Assembly: GCF_964188315.1 (NCBI RefSeq)
Contig: NC_135659.1
Coordinates: 34,286,001-34,350,000, forward strand
Direction of reading: 5' to 3'
DNA length: 64,000 bases
Origin: Podarcis muralis
Lineage: Eukaryota
The position numbers and the translations under genes were made by a program. Shown one piece after another: positions 39,005 through 51,078 of the stretch. The notes beneath the pieces are model-generated. The model saw only the letters and a list, made by a program, of their open reading frames with translations. It was not told the origin of the DNA and searched no databases. Positions within the stretch are counted from its first letter, which is position 1. Each line of letters starts with the position of its first letter.

Positions 39005-39359
39005 CAGGCACATTCAACTCCCAAGAGACTGAAATCTACTGCCAGTATAAAAAAAACCCTGACAGTGATCTACCCATTGTCATTGGAGGGAGGAGGAGCG
39101 TGTGTGGGAATTGCCCAGAGTTACTGAGCTTTTTTTAGAGGGGGAGTACCCAGAGTTGTTCAGCTTCTTTTGGGGGGAGGATTCAGAGTGGTTTACCTTT
39201 TGTGGGGGAGGACTGCCCAGACTTCTTGAGTTTTTTTAGGGTAGAGGGCCCACAGTTGTTGAGCTTACTTTGGGGGGAGGGTCAATAAGAATCCCGCGAT
39301 CTACCAGGATCACCAGGGGATCTACCAGTAGATCATGATCCACCAGTTGTACATGCCTG
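39005..39359. mobile_element. Non-autonomous hAT element with internal minisatellite, inserted into a CR1 3' end
   Basis: Left end caggcacattcaact versus reverse complement of the right end caggcatgtacaact. Subterminal gatctacc repeats. Flanks gcctagac (38994-39001) and gcctagag (39360-39367), with the left one offset by 3 bp. Confidence 0.65.
39112..39281. repeat. Degenerate minisatellite, 5 units of about 32-35 bp
   Basis: Units: tgcccagagttactgagctttttttagagggggag / tacccagagttgttcagcttcttttggggggagga / ttcagagtggtttaccttttgtgggggaggac / tgcccagacttcttgagtttttttagggtagag / ggcccacagttgttgagcttactttggggggaggg. Confidence 0.8.
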
Positions 39360-41687
39360 GCCTAGAGGAAGCCTGCAATCAGGAGAGGAGCACAACACTC
39401 TCACCATCCATAAATTTGTTTACTATCCAAGTTGGTGGCCATTACTACATCTTGCAGCAGCAAATTATATAGCTTACATAGGTGCGGCATGAACAAGAAT
39501 CTTCCAAGATTCAGCTTCATTAGATGGCTCTGGGTATCAGTATTATGAGAGACAGATAAAAATTTATCCCTGTTCACTTTCTCCAAAGCCATAATTTTTA
39601 CACTTCTATCATGTTCCTCCCTCTCAAAATAATAATAATAAAATAATCATAATCTTTCCCAGAGGGGAGGTGCTCCAGTGTCAATCCATCCTGTTTTGAA
39701 GAACACATAAAAAGGCACAGAGATATGACTGGATGCCTTCCATTTTCCTCCTTGAGTTTTCTCTCAGTTAGTCTCTCCTGCTCACTTGTTGGGGGACCAC
39801 CAGCATTTGAAGTCTCTAGGTCTGCTCAAGCCATAACTTTCTCTTCACCAGCCACTTTCAGTCAGATAACCTAATCTACCACCAACATCCTCCACCCAGT
39901 TTTCCCCTCAACTAAGTCAACATTACATGGCTGAGATATTCAATCCCCATTTGACAGTTTGGGGATCCTGCACCCTTAGAAAGGGTTTCCCCTCCTAAAG
40001 GTTTTCTATGCCTTGCAACCCTTTGGGTGTTCCCAAGTCTACTTACATACATTCCATATTGTGCATGGGTGGCACTGTTTTGGCTACATAATGATCAGCA
40101 CTCACTCCAGCACTTTCCAAGTAGAGAGAATGATGTCCAGACCCCCCCCCCTCCTTCCCTCACATTTGGATCTTCCTTACCATCAAATAATTATTTGTTG
40201 ACATAAATTAAGGTTAGTGTGCATTGAAACAAATCATGTTTGCATAATCCATAGGCACCGAATAGTTATGTACTAAAGAATGAACACACATTGTGTCAGT
40301 CCTCATATTCCTGTAAAGTCCTTTGAACATATACAGTACTCTAGTATATTCAAGTGAGAAGTACAGCCCAAAAAAGTCTGGTAGGCTGATTTGTATTCAA
40401 GGGCAATAATCTACTGAAAATTCATCTACATCTTCCTTACTTCCTGACTGCGTGTTGACAGCAGGTGGGCCATTGATAGTTCCTTTGAAAAAGATACAGA
40501 GTTTAAAATGCCCGTGTATTTCAGTTAAACACCACAAATTACAAAATACACCCCAGGCCTTAACTTTTGTGTTGTCTGTATGCAGGCTGCAATAAAGTAT
40601 CTATAAATACAGTACTTTGTTCTTTTTTTAATCTACAATCCCAAAGCTGGCTCTGCAACATGAATTTAGCCAACGTAATCTTGTATGTTAGCGAAGAGAG
40701 ATGTAGATTAAACCCTTTGCAGGTCTGATCGTGTGGCACAGCTGGCAGAATATGTCTCTTAAATGACAGGCGGCAAGGTGCCAATTTTCCTTCTTGTTCC
40801 TTTACTAGCACATGGGATGAACTTCTTAAGAGTGTCTGTTAAAATGATGAATTGCTGGTAGAAAACAAGGGGCTGGAATCAGGATTAAAAACCCAAGTCT
40901 TCAGCTAAAGTGCATTCCCTTTGTAAAATGAGGGCTGCTTGAAAAGTTCTGAGGAAAATCCTTTAAAAATTAAAGAACTACACAAGGGTTTCTTAAATAC
41001 AGCATTAAGATCATTAAATTGAGCTTAGCTCCTAATTAATTCTTTCATGCTAGAAACAGCTTTCTGCAGTGCCAATCTCCCTGTCCAGTTGAGAACAACC
41101 GGCTGGACGAGATTAAAACCCTTGTATGAATCTGAGGACATACGTCTCCCATTATTACTGCAACCAATAGCCTGGTAAAAAGGCAGTCATACAATAACCC
41201 AAGTGTTTCCTGTCAGTCACAACCAACTGTTTGATACATTATGCAGGGTGAAAATCAAGGACACAGCCATTCCCACAATAATATTCAGCTAATATGCAGC
41301 TCCACTATGAAGAAAGAATGCAGCATTTATTTCAGAAACAATTTCTGGTAATTGAAATTTCCACACAGTCTTCATAGTCCCATATATTACAGTACAGGCA
41401 TTGCCAGTTTCAGGCGTGACCGATATGTGCACAATCACAATCTCACACACACTTACACATACAGAGCCAAACTCGGAAGTGACTTGGGCATGTCATAAAA
41501 GACATCACTAGAAGGGTGGAGCAGGGGCAGAGCGGAGAGGTCAGGGTTTTTCAGGTGCACACGATTTCACACAAGTGTGTAATGACTTGGAAGACAATCC
41601 CTGTGCAAATCGGGGGTTGCATGCAGTTGATCCTGGATGTTACCAAAACATGGATTTCAATGGTCATGGAATCTCTGTTCATTCAAG

Positions 41688-41960
41688 CAAGAAGAAGAAG
41701 AAGAAGAAGAGTAGTAGTAGTAGTAGTAGTTTGGATTTGATATCCCACTTTAGCATTACCCGAAGGAGTCTCAAAGTGGCTAACATTCTCCTTTCCCTTC
41801 CTTCCTTCCCCACAACAAACACTCTGTGAAGTGAGTGGGGCTGAGAGACTTCAAAGAAGTATGACTTCAAAGAAGGTCACCCAGCAGCTGCATGTGGAGG
41901 AGCAGGGAATCGAACCCGGTCCACCAGATTACGAGTCTACCACTCTACACCACACTGGCC
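41688..41960 (-). mobile_element. Squam3-type SINE with (AAG)n(AGT)n tail
   Basis: Body 41731-41960 aligns to the 11318 copy. Compound microsatellite tail at 41688-41730. Confidence 0.85.
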
Positions 41961-42054
41961 TAGCAGCCTCAAAAAATAAAACACACACTATGGCCTTTTG
42001 AGCCTTCATTGACCAAACTTGATCCTTTATGTGCATACAGCCCCAAAAACATAC

Positions 42055-42175
42055 AAGCCATCTACATACACCTCCATCTTATCAGGTCTGAATTTCAGCT
42101 TATTGCCCATCATCCAGCCCGTTACTGATTCCGGACACTGGCTCAGCACTAGACGATTCACCAAATACCAGACTT
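42055..42175 (-). mobile_element. Degenerate L2 RT fragment
   Basis: Minus strand LSQCPESVTGWMMGNKLKFRPDKMEV resembles the L2 CL..I..WM..NKLKLNPDKTE motif. Confidence 0.6.
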
Positions 42176-42526
42176 TCACTTTCTCCAGACAAAGCAAAGG
42201 AGTGCATATTGTTCTGCTGACTTCTACAGAGAAAGAGAAAAGGTCTGCACTAATAGAAATCAATGAGTAGGACCAACATTTGCATTCAAGATCCATGGTG
42301 GCAACACGTATGATGCTCCATCCCCAAATCAGTAGGTTTCTTCTTACTCATTCTACAGCCTTCAGTTTTGACATCGCCATTCTCTGCCTCTTTTCTTCTT
42401 TTCTTTCCCAACTTCAGCCTCTTTGTTTCAGTGATCACTTGGAAAGTTTCTGCTGGACACATCTGAGATAAAGCCTAAGCTGAATCTGGTGCAACCAATT
42501 TGTGAATCAAGCTACGTGAGATAGAA

Positions 42527-42618
42527 CTGCAAAATCCTACACATAGCAACTCAGAAATAAGTCCCCTTGAGTTCAAGTAGAGCTTACTCTTAGGTAAACA
42601 AATATAAGATTGGAGTCT
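42527..42618. mobile_element. Short palindromic MITE-like repeat
   Basis: ctcagaaataagtccccttgagttcaagtagagcttactcttaggtaa core, same family as the 9666 copy. Confidence 0.55.
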
Positions 42619-43519
42619 AAAAGTACTATTTACTTCACCACAGCTACCTTCACATAGAATTAGTTACCTCTTGATAACGGATCAGGCAAATTAATGTGGC
42701 CCTGTAGACTATATGTCCCTGTGAAAGTGTTTCTTCCTTGATTCTAAATTCAATTTCAATTTATTGTTTTACACACTAGTGAAGCAAAATCAGATAGAAA
42801 GCCTTACTGCATTTCTTCATGGTCAGTAGTAAAACAGGTGAGAAAGCATGCTGCAGTGATAGCTGACCATGTAAGGCCTTGAATTCTTGGGTGCAATCAG
42901 CTTTATGGAATAGTACGGTCTCACAGACTGTACTCAAGAGGCCAATAAAATAAAACAGTGCTAAAGTTGGCGCTGATCTTGTGATGTCTTGCATGGTCAC
43001 ACAAGGTCTGCAGTTAAAAGTATAGACTCAGAAGCCAGCAGCAAAGTTTAACCAGAAGGTTAAACATGAGAAAAATGAGAAAATATTTAAATTTCTACAG
43101 GTCAAGAGTTATCTGTTATGAACTCGATGACCAAATCTCTTGACTTTTTGAAGATATAAAAGGCAAGTCGAAAGGGCTTTTGCTTGTGGCATGAATTGTA
43201 ACTAATATTCCCATCAGTTTTATACCAGTTTTATTTAACCTTTTTTTTTAACTTTATGATGTGGTTTTGCCTTTGTAAAGTGATGGTTTTGTACCATTTC
43301 TCTGGTTGAAAGAAAGAGCAAGTGCCTGGTCTACTGCAAACGAGCCTTGAAGTATTTCCTTTCTCTTTTCCATTCTTTTCTTTTTATTGTAGGAGGGCAG
43401 GACTGAACTCCCTAAGCATTCATGTCCATCAAGGTGATCCCACACACCAAAGCAGGCAGATAGCTTTATTGCCACACCACAGATTCACTGTTGGGTTACC
43501 ATTATGTGGGTACTCCATG

Positions 43520-43935
43520 AAGACAAGAATACTGGGCAGATTCAGATTCAAATCCCCCACTTGGGCTGTGAAGTCACTGGGTAACATTAGACCACTCACA
43601 ATCTATCTCAGCCTAACCTTCCTCACAGGGTCGTTGGGAGGGTAAAAGAGACTGAGAAGAGAATTATATACAGCGGCACCTCGTGATAAGAACTTAATTC
43701 TTTCTGGAGGTCCATTCTTAACCTGAAACTATTCTTAACCTGAGGTACCATTTAGCTAATGGGGCCTCCCACTGCTGCCACCGTGCAATTTCTATTCTCA
43801 TCCTGAAGCAAAGTTCTTAACCAGGGGTACTATTTCTGAGTTAGCGGAGTCTGTCACCTGAAGCATCTGTAAGCTGAAGCGTCTGTAACCCGATGTACCA
43901 CTGTACACTGTCTTGAGCTTCTTGGAGGAAAGGAA
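43520..43935 (+). mobile_element. MIR-like SINE split by a Tigger-type MITE
   Basis: Head and core at 43520-43670 (ttcaaatccccc...cagcctaaccttcctcacagggtcgttg). The tail resumes at 43904 (cactgtcttgagcttcttggaggaaagg). Confidence 0.65.
43671..43903. mobile_element. Tigger/mariner-type MITE
   Basis: Termini cagcggcacctcg and cgatgtaccactg, TA on both sides, internal repeated aacctgaa/ttcttaacc motifs. Confidence 0.85.
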
Positions 43936-44134
43936 AGGAACAACTGTACAGTAATAAACAAACAAATTGTGTACTAGACACTTCTAGCACAGTGACAATG
44001 GGTAAGTGACTTACCCAATATGTGTCAGATCATCTTGCACTATTCCCTTCCCTCCATACTATTCCACTATCAGGTACCTCTGGGCATGCCTGGCATGAGT
44101 ACATTTCAGCCCTACAATATTATACACACTTACT

Positions 44135-44205
44135 TTGCCAGCAGCAAATCTCACTGAATTCAGCGGGATACTTTTCTGAGTAGACATGTATAGGATGGCA
44201 CTGTT
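44135..44205. mobile_element. Short palindromic MITE-like repeat
   Basis: cactgaattcagcgggatacttttctgagtagacatgtataggatggcactg. Confidence 0.5.
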
Positions 44206-46530
44206 AATATATTATGTAGAAAGTTTATGATCAAAGCAAGTCCTATCTAGTCCTTAAAAACTAAATTACTACTGGTACAAACCAAAGGTGCTCTTTTCTC
44301 TTATCCATACCAATGAGGCTTAAAAGAGTGTGTATTTCACAATATTTATTTTTGTGGGGCTGGATGACTAGGTGGTGGAGTTATGTTTTACGTCTTTGGT
44401 TCTACAAAGAAAAATGAATACTCCAAAGCAAGGGAAATAAAGTCTAAAAGAAACTAATGGACAAAATAAAACAAAAAGCTGCCCTTCACAAAATATTTTA
44501 AGCAGCCAAAATTTTTAATTAAACGTGTTGCCCAAACAAGTGCCAGTATTAAGCAGGGAGGAACAACGAAAACAACATGACCAGTCACAGCACTAAAGTG
44601 GGACTATAGTTAAATAGCCATGATGATTTAAATTGCATCTTAAGTAACAGCCATGTTCATTCGATGATGGAGGGCATGGTCTTTAAAACAAAAATCTTTA
44701 AAAACAAAAATCTGAATAGGCATGCAACAGTAAGGAGATTGAAATTTCTGTCCACAGAAAACTTTTATGAAAGTATTTGCTTTCCCCCACACTTGTTAGT
44801 GATAGAGTAAAACAGAGAGGAACAGACTCAACTATTTAATCTAGAGCTATAGTGCTAGTTCTTAAGTAACCTTGTGTAATTGATTTGTAACTGTAGATGC
44901 CAATTTGTTTTCCAGCAACTAAAGCATTTTTGCCACTTTTAATGGTCCGTTACCAGATCAGCCTTACCAACTGTTCATTAATGCACAGAGCAAATGTATT
45001 AACTTGCATCAGGCAAGGTTCTCCAAGCACTTCTTTTGGCCCCCAGGTTAGCATCAGAAACATCCCAAAACTTCAGGGCTAGATTGCCCTCTTGGCTGCG
45101 TGATGAATCTTCCCCTTAATAGCCCAATTAATCACAAAGATATGCTTGCAAGGGAAGTTGAAATCTTGTCCGGATAATGAAGTAGAGATTACAGGATGTC
45201 TAAGTAGGAATTGTGCTGCAAAAGCACAAATTGTGCACGTCCATTATGGCACTACAATAAGCTCCATTAGGACTTTTGGAGGGAGCTGTAGGCTATCCAA
45301 ATGTAATGTTTAATTTTGTTAATTAACCACAATGAGTAAGAAGCAAAAAAATGAAAAGTGATCTGAATAATTTCATACGGATGTAGCATCAGATATAGTT
45401 GCTTTAGGAAGTCATAACTGCATGCATACAGGAATGGCAACTGGGTCTAGCAGGTTCATTAGCACAGGAATTGGGATTGAGTAAATTGGGATTGGTACCA
45501 GGGGATTGGAGTTTGCCAACATACACAAGCAAAAATGGTGCAATATTCGCAGACAATGTATTATTGGCTATTGTACACTGACTAGTTCTTGTGTACAATA
45601 TGGCTACTGCTACTTTCATGTGCCATGAGATTTCAGTAGCCTTAGCAAGCTCCCTTAAGGGTTGACTTTTCTTCTCAAGGCAGACTGGATGTGTACAGAT
45701 TAAGCTGCTCTTCAAAATAATACCACATGTGCCTAGATCAAAGGCCAGCCTATGTTATTTTAGCTCTGCAATACGAACGCGTGCTGAAGAATTCACAAGG
45801 GATGTATCAAAATGTTAAAATGACACAAAACAAATAAAAAGTGTATACTGCCAAGTACAAATCAGCATTTTTTCCCATCAGCAAAATCATCAACCATGAG
45901 CATCAAACACAAAAGACACGCCCAGCCACTGAACAGTTCTTTCCTTCAAAACAACGAAGCTGAGAAGTGAAAAAACTTGTCCATGTCTATAAAAACAAAT
46001 TATTCTGGCTATTGCTTTAAAATCATTTTTTACTATTTCCAGAGATTATTTTATGAACAAGCAAAATGAAAAGACAAAAATCTTTATTAAGAAGTCTTTG
46101 TTAACACACAAGAGCGAAATTTAATAGGTGACTTACTCAGAAAACTGAATCAAGGGATAATTATTCCTTTGGATGAATAATTGCCAGGAATGTTCAATTA
46201 CTGATAACTGTGAGTGTTCCCTTAAGATGTTTTTTATTCATCTTGAAATTAGGATATTTGGATCTCTGATTCCCAAGGTCTGTCCAGCACTTTGAAAGCT
46301 TTGTTTATTTTGTTTTTGTTTCTTATGCCCCATGGCTTTTAAATTAAAATTTTTAAAAAACCAAAATGGTTTGGACAAAGGGTCACAGATAAGCAGCTAT
46401 TATGAAATGTTAACAGCTTCTTTCTAAATTAACTAGAAATTATATATATGAAACCTCTGGGCCAACATAGGCAGATATATTCTAATAGGATAAGTGGTTC
46501 CAGTTGATGTGATGCCTTTACAATTTACAT

Positions 46531-46624
46531 AAGGCTGCAATCCTATACACATTTACCTGGCTGTAAATCATGCTTAACTCAATGAGGCTTACATTTCAGT
46601 AGGCATGAATACGACTGTGTTGTT
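46531..46624. mobile_element. Short palindromic MITE-like repeat
   Basis: aggctgcaatcctatacacatttacctgg...ctcaatgaggcttac. Confidence 0.55.
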
Positions 46625-46741
46625 AATAACTTTGAGAAGGAATGTGATGTATGGGAAATGAATTCAGAATGGGGGGAAAGAGACAGAGATCTTTATCGTG
46701 TCAATATTAAAGGCTAATATTAGGCACCTAATAGTTAAAAT

Positions 46742-47099
46742 GGGACGCGGGTGGTGCTGTGGGTAAAAGCCTCAGCGCCTAGGACTTGCCGATTGAAAGG
46801 TCGGCGGTTCGAATCCCCGCGGCGGGTTGCGCTCCCGTTGCTCGGTCCCAGCGCCTGCCAACCTAGCAGTTCGAAAGCACCTCCGGGTGCAAGTAGATAA
46901 ATAGGGACCGCTTACTAGCGGGAAGGTAAACGGTGTTTCCGTGTGTGGCTCTGGCTCGCCAGAGCAGTGATGTCACGCTGGCCACGTGACCCAGAAGTGT
47001 CTCCGGACAGCGCTGGCCCCCGGCCTCTTGAGTGAGATGGGCGCACAACCCTAGAGTCTGTCAAGACTGGCCCGTACGGGCAGGGGTACCTTTACCTTT
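46742..47099 (+). mobile_element. Sauria SINE (Squam1), young full-length copy
   Basis: Highly similar to the 33601 copy. Perfect 13-bp TSD taatagttaaaat at 46729-46741 and 47100-47112. Confidence 0.93.
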
Positions 47100-47377
47100 T
47101 AATAGTTAAAATGTGGCTTAATCTAGTGGTGGCTAACTTGGGATCTTCCAGATGTTGCTGAACACCAATTTCAATCATCTGAGACTGTTGACCATACCAG
47201 CAGGAGCTGATGCGAGGTGGGGTCTAGTAACATGTAAAAAAACAACAGCTTCTCACCTCATCCCTGTATTTAATGGGTCCAGAGTCATATCCCTATTGCA
47301 GAACCAGAATGATTTCAAGATCCTTCAGCATTCATTTTATAGGCTCTTTTTAAAGGTTAAGAAAATGGAGTGTGAGT

Positions 47378-47423
47378 GTGTAAGTGTGTATGTGTGTGCG
47401 CGTGTGCGTGTGCGTGTGTGTGC
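47378..47423. repeat. Mixed (GT)n/(GC)n alternating purine-pyrimidine tract
   Basis: gtgtatgtgtgtgcgcgtgtgcgtgtgcgtgtgtgtgc. Confidence 0.85.
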
Positions 47424-48799
47424 ATGAAGAAAGCAGAGAACAGAGAACATGAACATGAACACACACACACATTTCAACTGTTCTAAAAATAAAAATGAAA
47501 TGTTGGTTATTATCTGAGTGTCAGTTTATTTGCATCTGCTTACTTATTATCCTGGTAGGTCTTACCTGTTTGTAGTAAGATAATTAAAATGAACATTATA
47601 ATAGCTTTGTAACTTTAAGAACAAGTGCTTGCTTGCTTAACTCTTTCCTCTCCGTCCTTTTCTTCCTTTTGTATCATGTGTTTAGACAGTAAATCTACAA
47701 ACAGCTGGTGTTTTGTTTGTTATTGCTCTGGTAGCATTTTTGCTGAGGAACTACCTAGAAGAATATAATCACTTCACATATTTGTAGATTCAATTATTAG
47801 AACTTGTTTAAGTGACCAAAAATGGGTGATAAATGAGACATATATGTTACCTACAACCACATGATTGGAAGCTCATAGTGAAGTCTGAAGTATACCCCCC
47901 CCAAAAAAAAGTGAAAGTTGGAGAAATTGGGCTTCAAGGGAATATGATTTAATACATGTTAATATTTTACACTGGACTGGAAAAATCTACATTGCACTAA
48001 TGACACTACAATAAAAATGCATGAGAACAGGTTGAAATTTTTCTTTGGAGAAGAAAATAATCAAAGAATCAAAATAATAATCAAAGAAATCATAGCACTT
48101 TCATAATTGAAAAGGTTATCTTGTTCAACATTATCTCTTGACTGGAAAATAACCCAGGAAAGATGTAATGTTGTTCTGCAGGCTCACGTACCCATAATGC
48201 TCCAGCCAATGAAATAAAATAACCATAATGCAATATAGTAGTACCATCAAGGAGTCTAGAATGCAAACATTTCCCCTTGTACTTTAATAAACCATTGTCT
48301 GGCTCATTCCATGAAGGAATATTCTGCATGGCTTAACGATAGTTGTTGAGGCACACAAAGGAAGTCTTTATGCTCCATCTAGACATTGCAAGGTGCTTAT
48401 TCAATTTCTTCTGCACCAGGAGCAGTGTTCCTTACCTAATATGTATACATTTGCTGAGTGTTATTCAGCCTTTGTTGCTTCTGACCCTCACTTGGCATTT
48501 AATTCCCAGTCCACCGGGGTATTCATGCTTGATGGCACTGATGCACACACTGAATGCTTTATTTATGTAATGGCAAAGGGAATGAAGCTATATACTGTAT
48601 TAGACAATATCCTGCTTAAAGATGCCAATGGCTGGTGTCACTGCACTGCTGACCCCTAAACATAGTGAGAAATATGTCACTAGATTTGAGAGGATAGTAG
48701 ATAACAACTTGTCGATACAAGAGAAAAATGAAAGAAGGGGGCAGGAAGCTGCAGCCAAAATATTAACTTCATATGATCCTTATTAGCCATGGCTATACT

Positions 48800-49093
48800 C
48801 AAGGCTGTCTTAAGAATATGCGGTGCCAGGCTGCAAAGATTCGCCCCCCCCCCCGATTGCCCAGTCCCAGGTGCACAGGAGGGAGGAGCCAGCTGGCCGC
48901 CTCAGCATCTTGCTGCCTTGGTCGCCCTGGAACTCGCGGTTCAGAGCCACCCACAACAGAAGAGCCAGCCGCAGCACTCCAACCAACAGATGGACTCTTC
49001 CTGGGACTCAACTCTCAGGCCCTAAACTCTCAGCCTGGCATCCCTGAGAGCCGGGTGCCCGGGTGCCCCGCGCCTATGGGTAAGACGGCCCTG
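48800..49093. mobile_element. GC-rich non-autonomous hAT element (294 bp)
   Basis: TIRs caaggctgtcttaa and taagacggccctg. Perfect 8-bp TSD gctatact at 48792-48799 and 49094-49101. It explains the overlapping short ORFs here. Confidence 0.88.
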
Positions 49094-49459
49094 GCTATAC
49101 TAGTGATAAGATTAACAATAGTGTGGAAAACATGGGTGAAAGGTCTTCTTTTGACTGGGTTGCTGGAAAACGTCATTGAATTGCAGTTCAATAAAATGAA
49201 TCACTTGATACCAAAAATAAGCTTTCCATAAACAATTAATGTTGCAAGAATTAAAATGCAAGCAAATTTTACTGAGGGATAAATGTATCTGTATACAGAA
49301 CCTCCCTATATCCCTGTGAAAATAAACTCGTACGTCAAAAACCTTAGGGTTGGGTGTCTAGCAACATTTGTCAGATCCAGTCACAGCTGTGAGCAAAGCA
49401 GAGACATTCTATGTGTCTGCAAGTCTTCATAATACTGTCTTCAGGAATACTCCTCAAAC

Positions 49460-49667
49460 GTGGTGCAATGGATCAGCGCATCTGGCTGTTAACCAAAAGG
49501 TTGGTGGTTTGAGCCCACCCTGTGGGAAAGCTGTGGGAATGATTCCGGCATTGTTTCTCTACATTGCAGATACTATGAACCTATTGCTCTCGTTTAGTCC
49601 CATTTTTTATCTCCATTATGTTCAAATTGAACTAGATGACCCTCAGGCTCTACAATGCTATGATTCT
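49460..49667 (+). mobile_element. tRNA-Asn(GTT)-headed SINE with interrupted CR1-derived tail
   Basis: gtggtgcaatggatcagcgcatctggctgttaaccaaaaggttggtggtttgagcccaccc matches tRNA-Asn. Then gattccggcattg, about 70 bp of unrelated sequence, and ttgaactagatgaccctcagg...atgattct. Confidence 0.75.
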
Positions 49668-50997
49668 TTCTCCTCAATCCAGAGATCTGAATGTGCCTTG
49701 ATGCTCATGGGAGATGGGGCGTAATTGTGTGTGAAGGTTTCCTCATTCACTTCAACTGAAAGATTGAAAATACACATTCTTTGCACCTGCCTATTTCCTC
49801 TCTCCATAAATTAAACAGAGAAGATGTGGGTAGGTGTAGACACACACAACTGTGTATCTACATTCATCCTCATTGAATTCCTATGCCTGTTCTTTTGGGA
49901 ATCAAGGAGGAAATAAATGCAATGATGGTGGCAGTGTGTTGAAATGCCACACAATCGTTTCAATTCATCATGCAGAATAAATGGAACAGTCAAGTGTAAA
50001 TTTAAATCCTCCAATACAATACCAAGTAGGTTTGGCACAGAAGTTCCCCTGGGAAGGGATCTCACACCCGTAGCCTTTTCAGACGGATCCATTATTTACA
50101 CCAATATGCATATATCAACCAAATTGACAATGTCTTTTCCTTGTTAAAGATAAATTATTTCCCAGCAGCACATACCATGTGTTATTCAAATGTTCCCTTT
50201 AAAGTGTCTTTTCATCTAAAATTAACTGAATGGAATTTAACTGAAATGCTCGGAATACTGACCAATCTAGACCTGACCTATTGACTTTTTGCCCCATTTC
50301 CTAAAGTGAAAGCACTGACTGAAGGGAAATATCACACAGATGCTAATAGATGACAACAGCAAGGGGTATTTCAGTGGGACTTAAATTATTCCGGAAGCCT
50401 AGAACTTAAGATCCATAACAGTCTATATCTTCTGTTGTTTTTAATTATGTCTTTAAAAAAGGTCCCCCGCTGTGTTTTTGAAATACTAAATGGCCTCCAC
50501 AGCTATGTGACATAATTCATTCTAATTCATGATTACAAGATGTTTTCAAACTATTCCCTCTTTCCCAGCAGCTACTTAAAAGCAGGAAGGGGGGGGATAG
50601 AGAATCTTCCCCCACCCTTCCGTATTCTCAATTTATCCTTCACTTTCCAGGTGTACACTTTGCAAAACAGTTTATGAAAGATAAAAAACACAACATATGC
50701 TGACTGCTTTTAGTGTTTCCCACATTCTTGTTGAAACGCGTAATGAAAATCAGACACAAGCTGGGCTTTTTAAAAAGTTCTATATTGCAGACTTTAAATT
50801 CTACCCAATAAGCAAGATGGGTTCCAGCAAATATTTTATTCCTGTACAATGATGTTATCTTCTCATAACAGTGGGGTATTAAATCCCTAGGCTAATGCTT
50901 ACCAGATACAATTTTGAATTGCATAGGATACATAGTGATCAAAACACGGAGACTCTTTTTTACCTCTCAACATTTGCAATCAGCAATAATTTCATTA

Positions 50998-51078
50998 ACA
51001 GAATACTTATGCGTCTGCTCAGAAGTAAGTTCTTGGAGTTCAACTTACTCCCAGGTAAGCTGTAAAGGACTGCAACCT
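50998..51078. mobile_element. Short palindromic MITE-like repeat
   Basis: ctgctcagaagtaagt...cttactcccaggtaagc...ggactgcaacct. Confidence 0.55.

Larger units (their letters stand above)
38905..39620 (-). mobile_element. CR1 LINE 3' fragment (ORF2 C-terminus plus 3' end), split by the hAT insertion
   Basis: Track ORF 39401-39592 (EKVNRDKFLSVSHNTDTQSHLMKLNLGRF...LYNLLLQDVVMATNLD) resembles the CR1 ORF2 C-terminus. The terminal sequence atcagaccaaagacccatctagt lies near 38938-38960. Confidence 0.8.

Noticed and set aside
39112-39281. CRISPR-like spacing of about 33-bp units
   Set aside because: Eukaryotic context, head-to-tail degenerate units without unique spacers, and no cas genes.
48090-48329. 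79-aa minus-strand ORF with an internal GG|GTACGT donor-like site
   Set aside because: No similarity to latrophilin or any family I recognise, and the donor is weak.
48773-49231. Cluster of four overlapping ORFs up to 152 aa
   Set aside because: Explained by a GC-rich non-autonomous hAT element with few stop codons. No recognisable domain.
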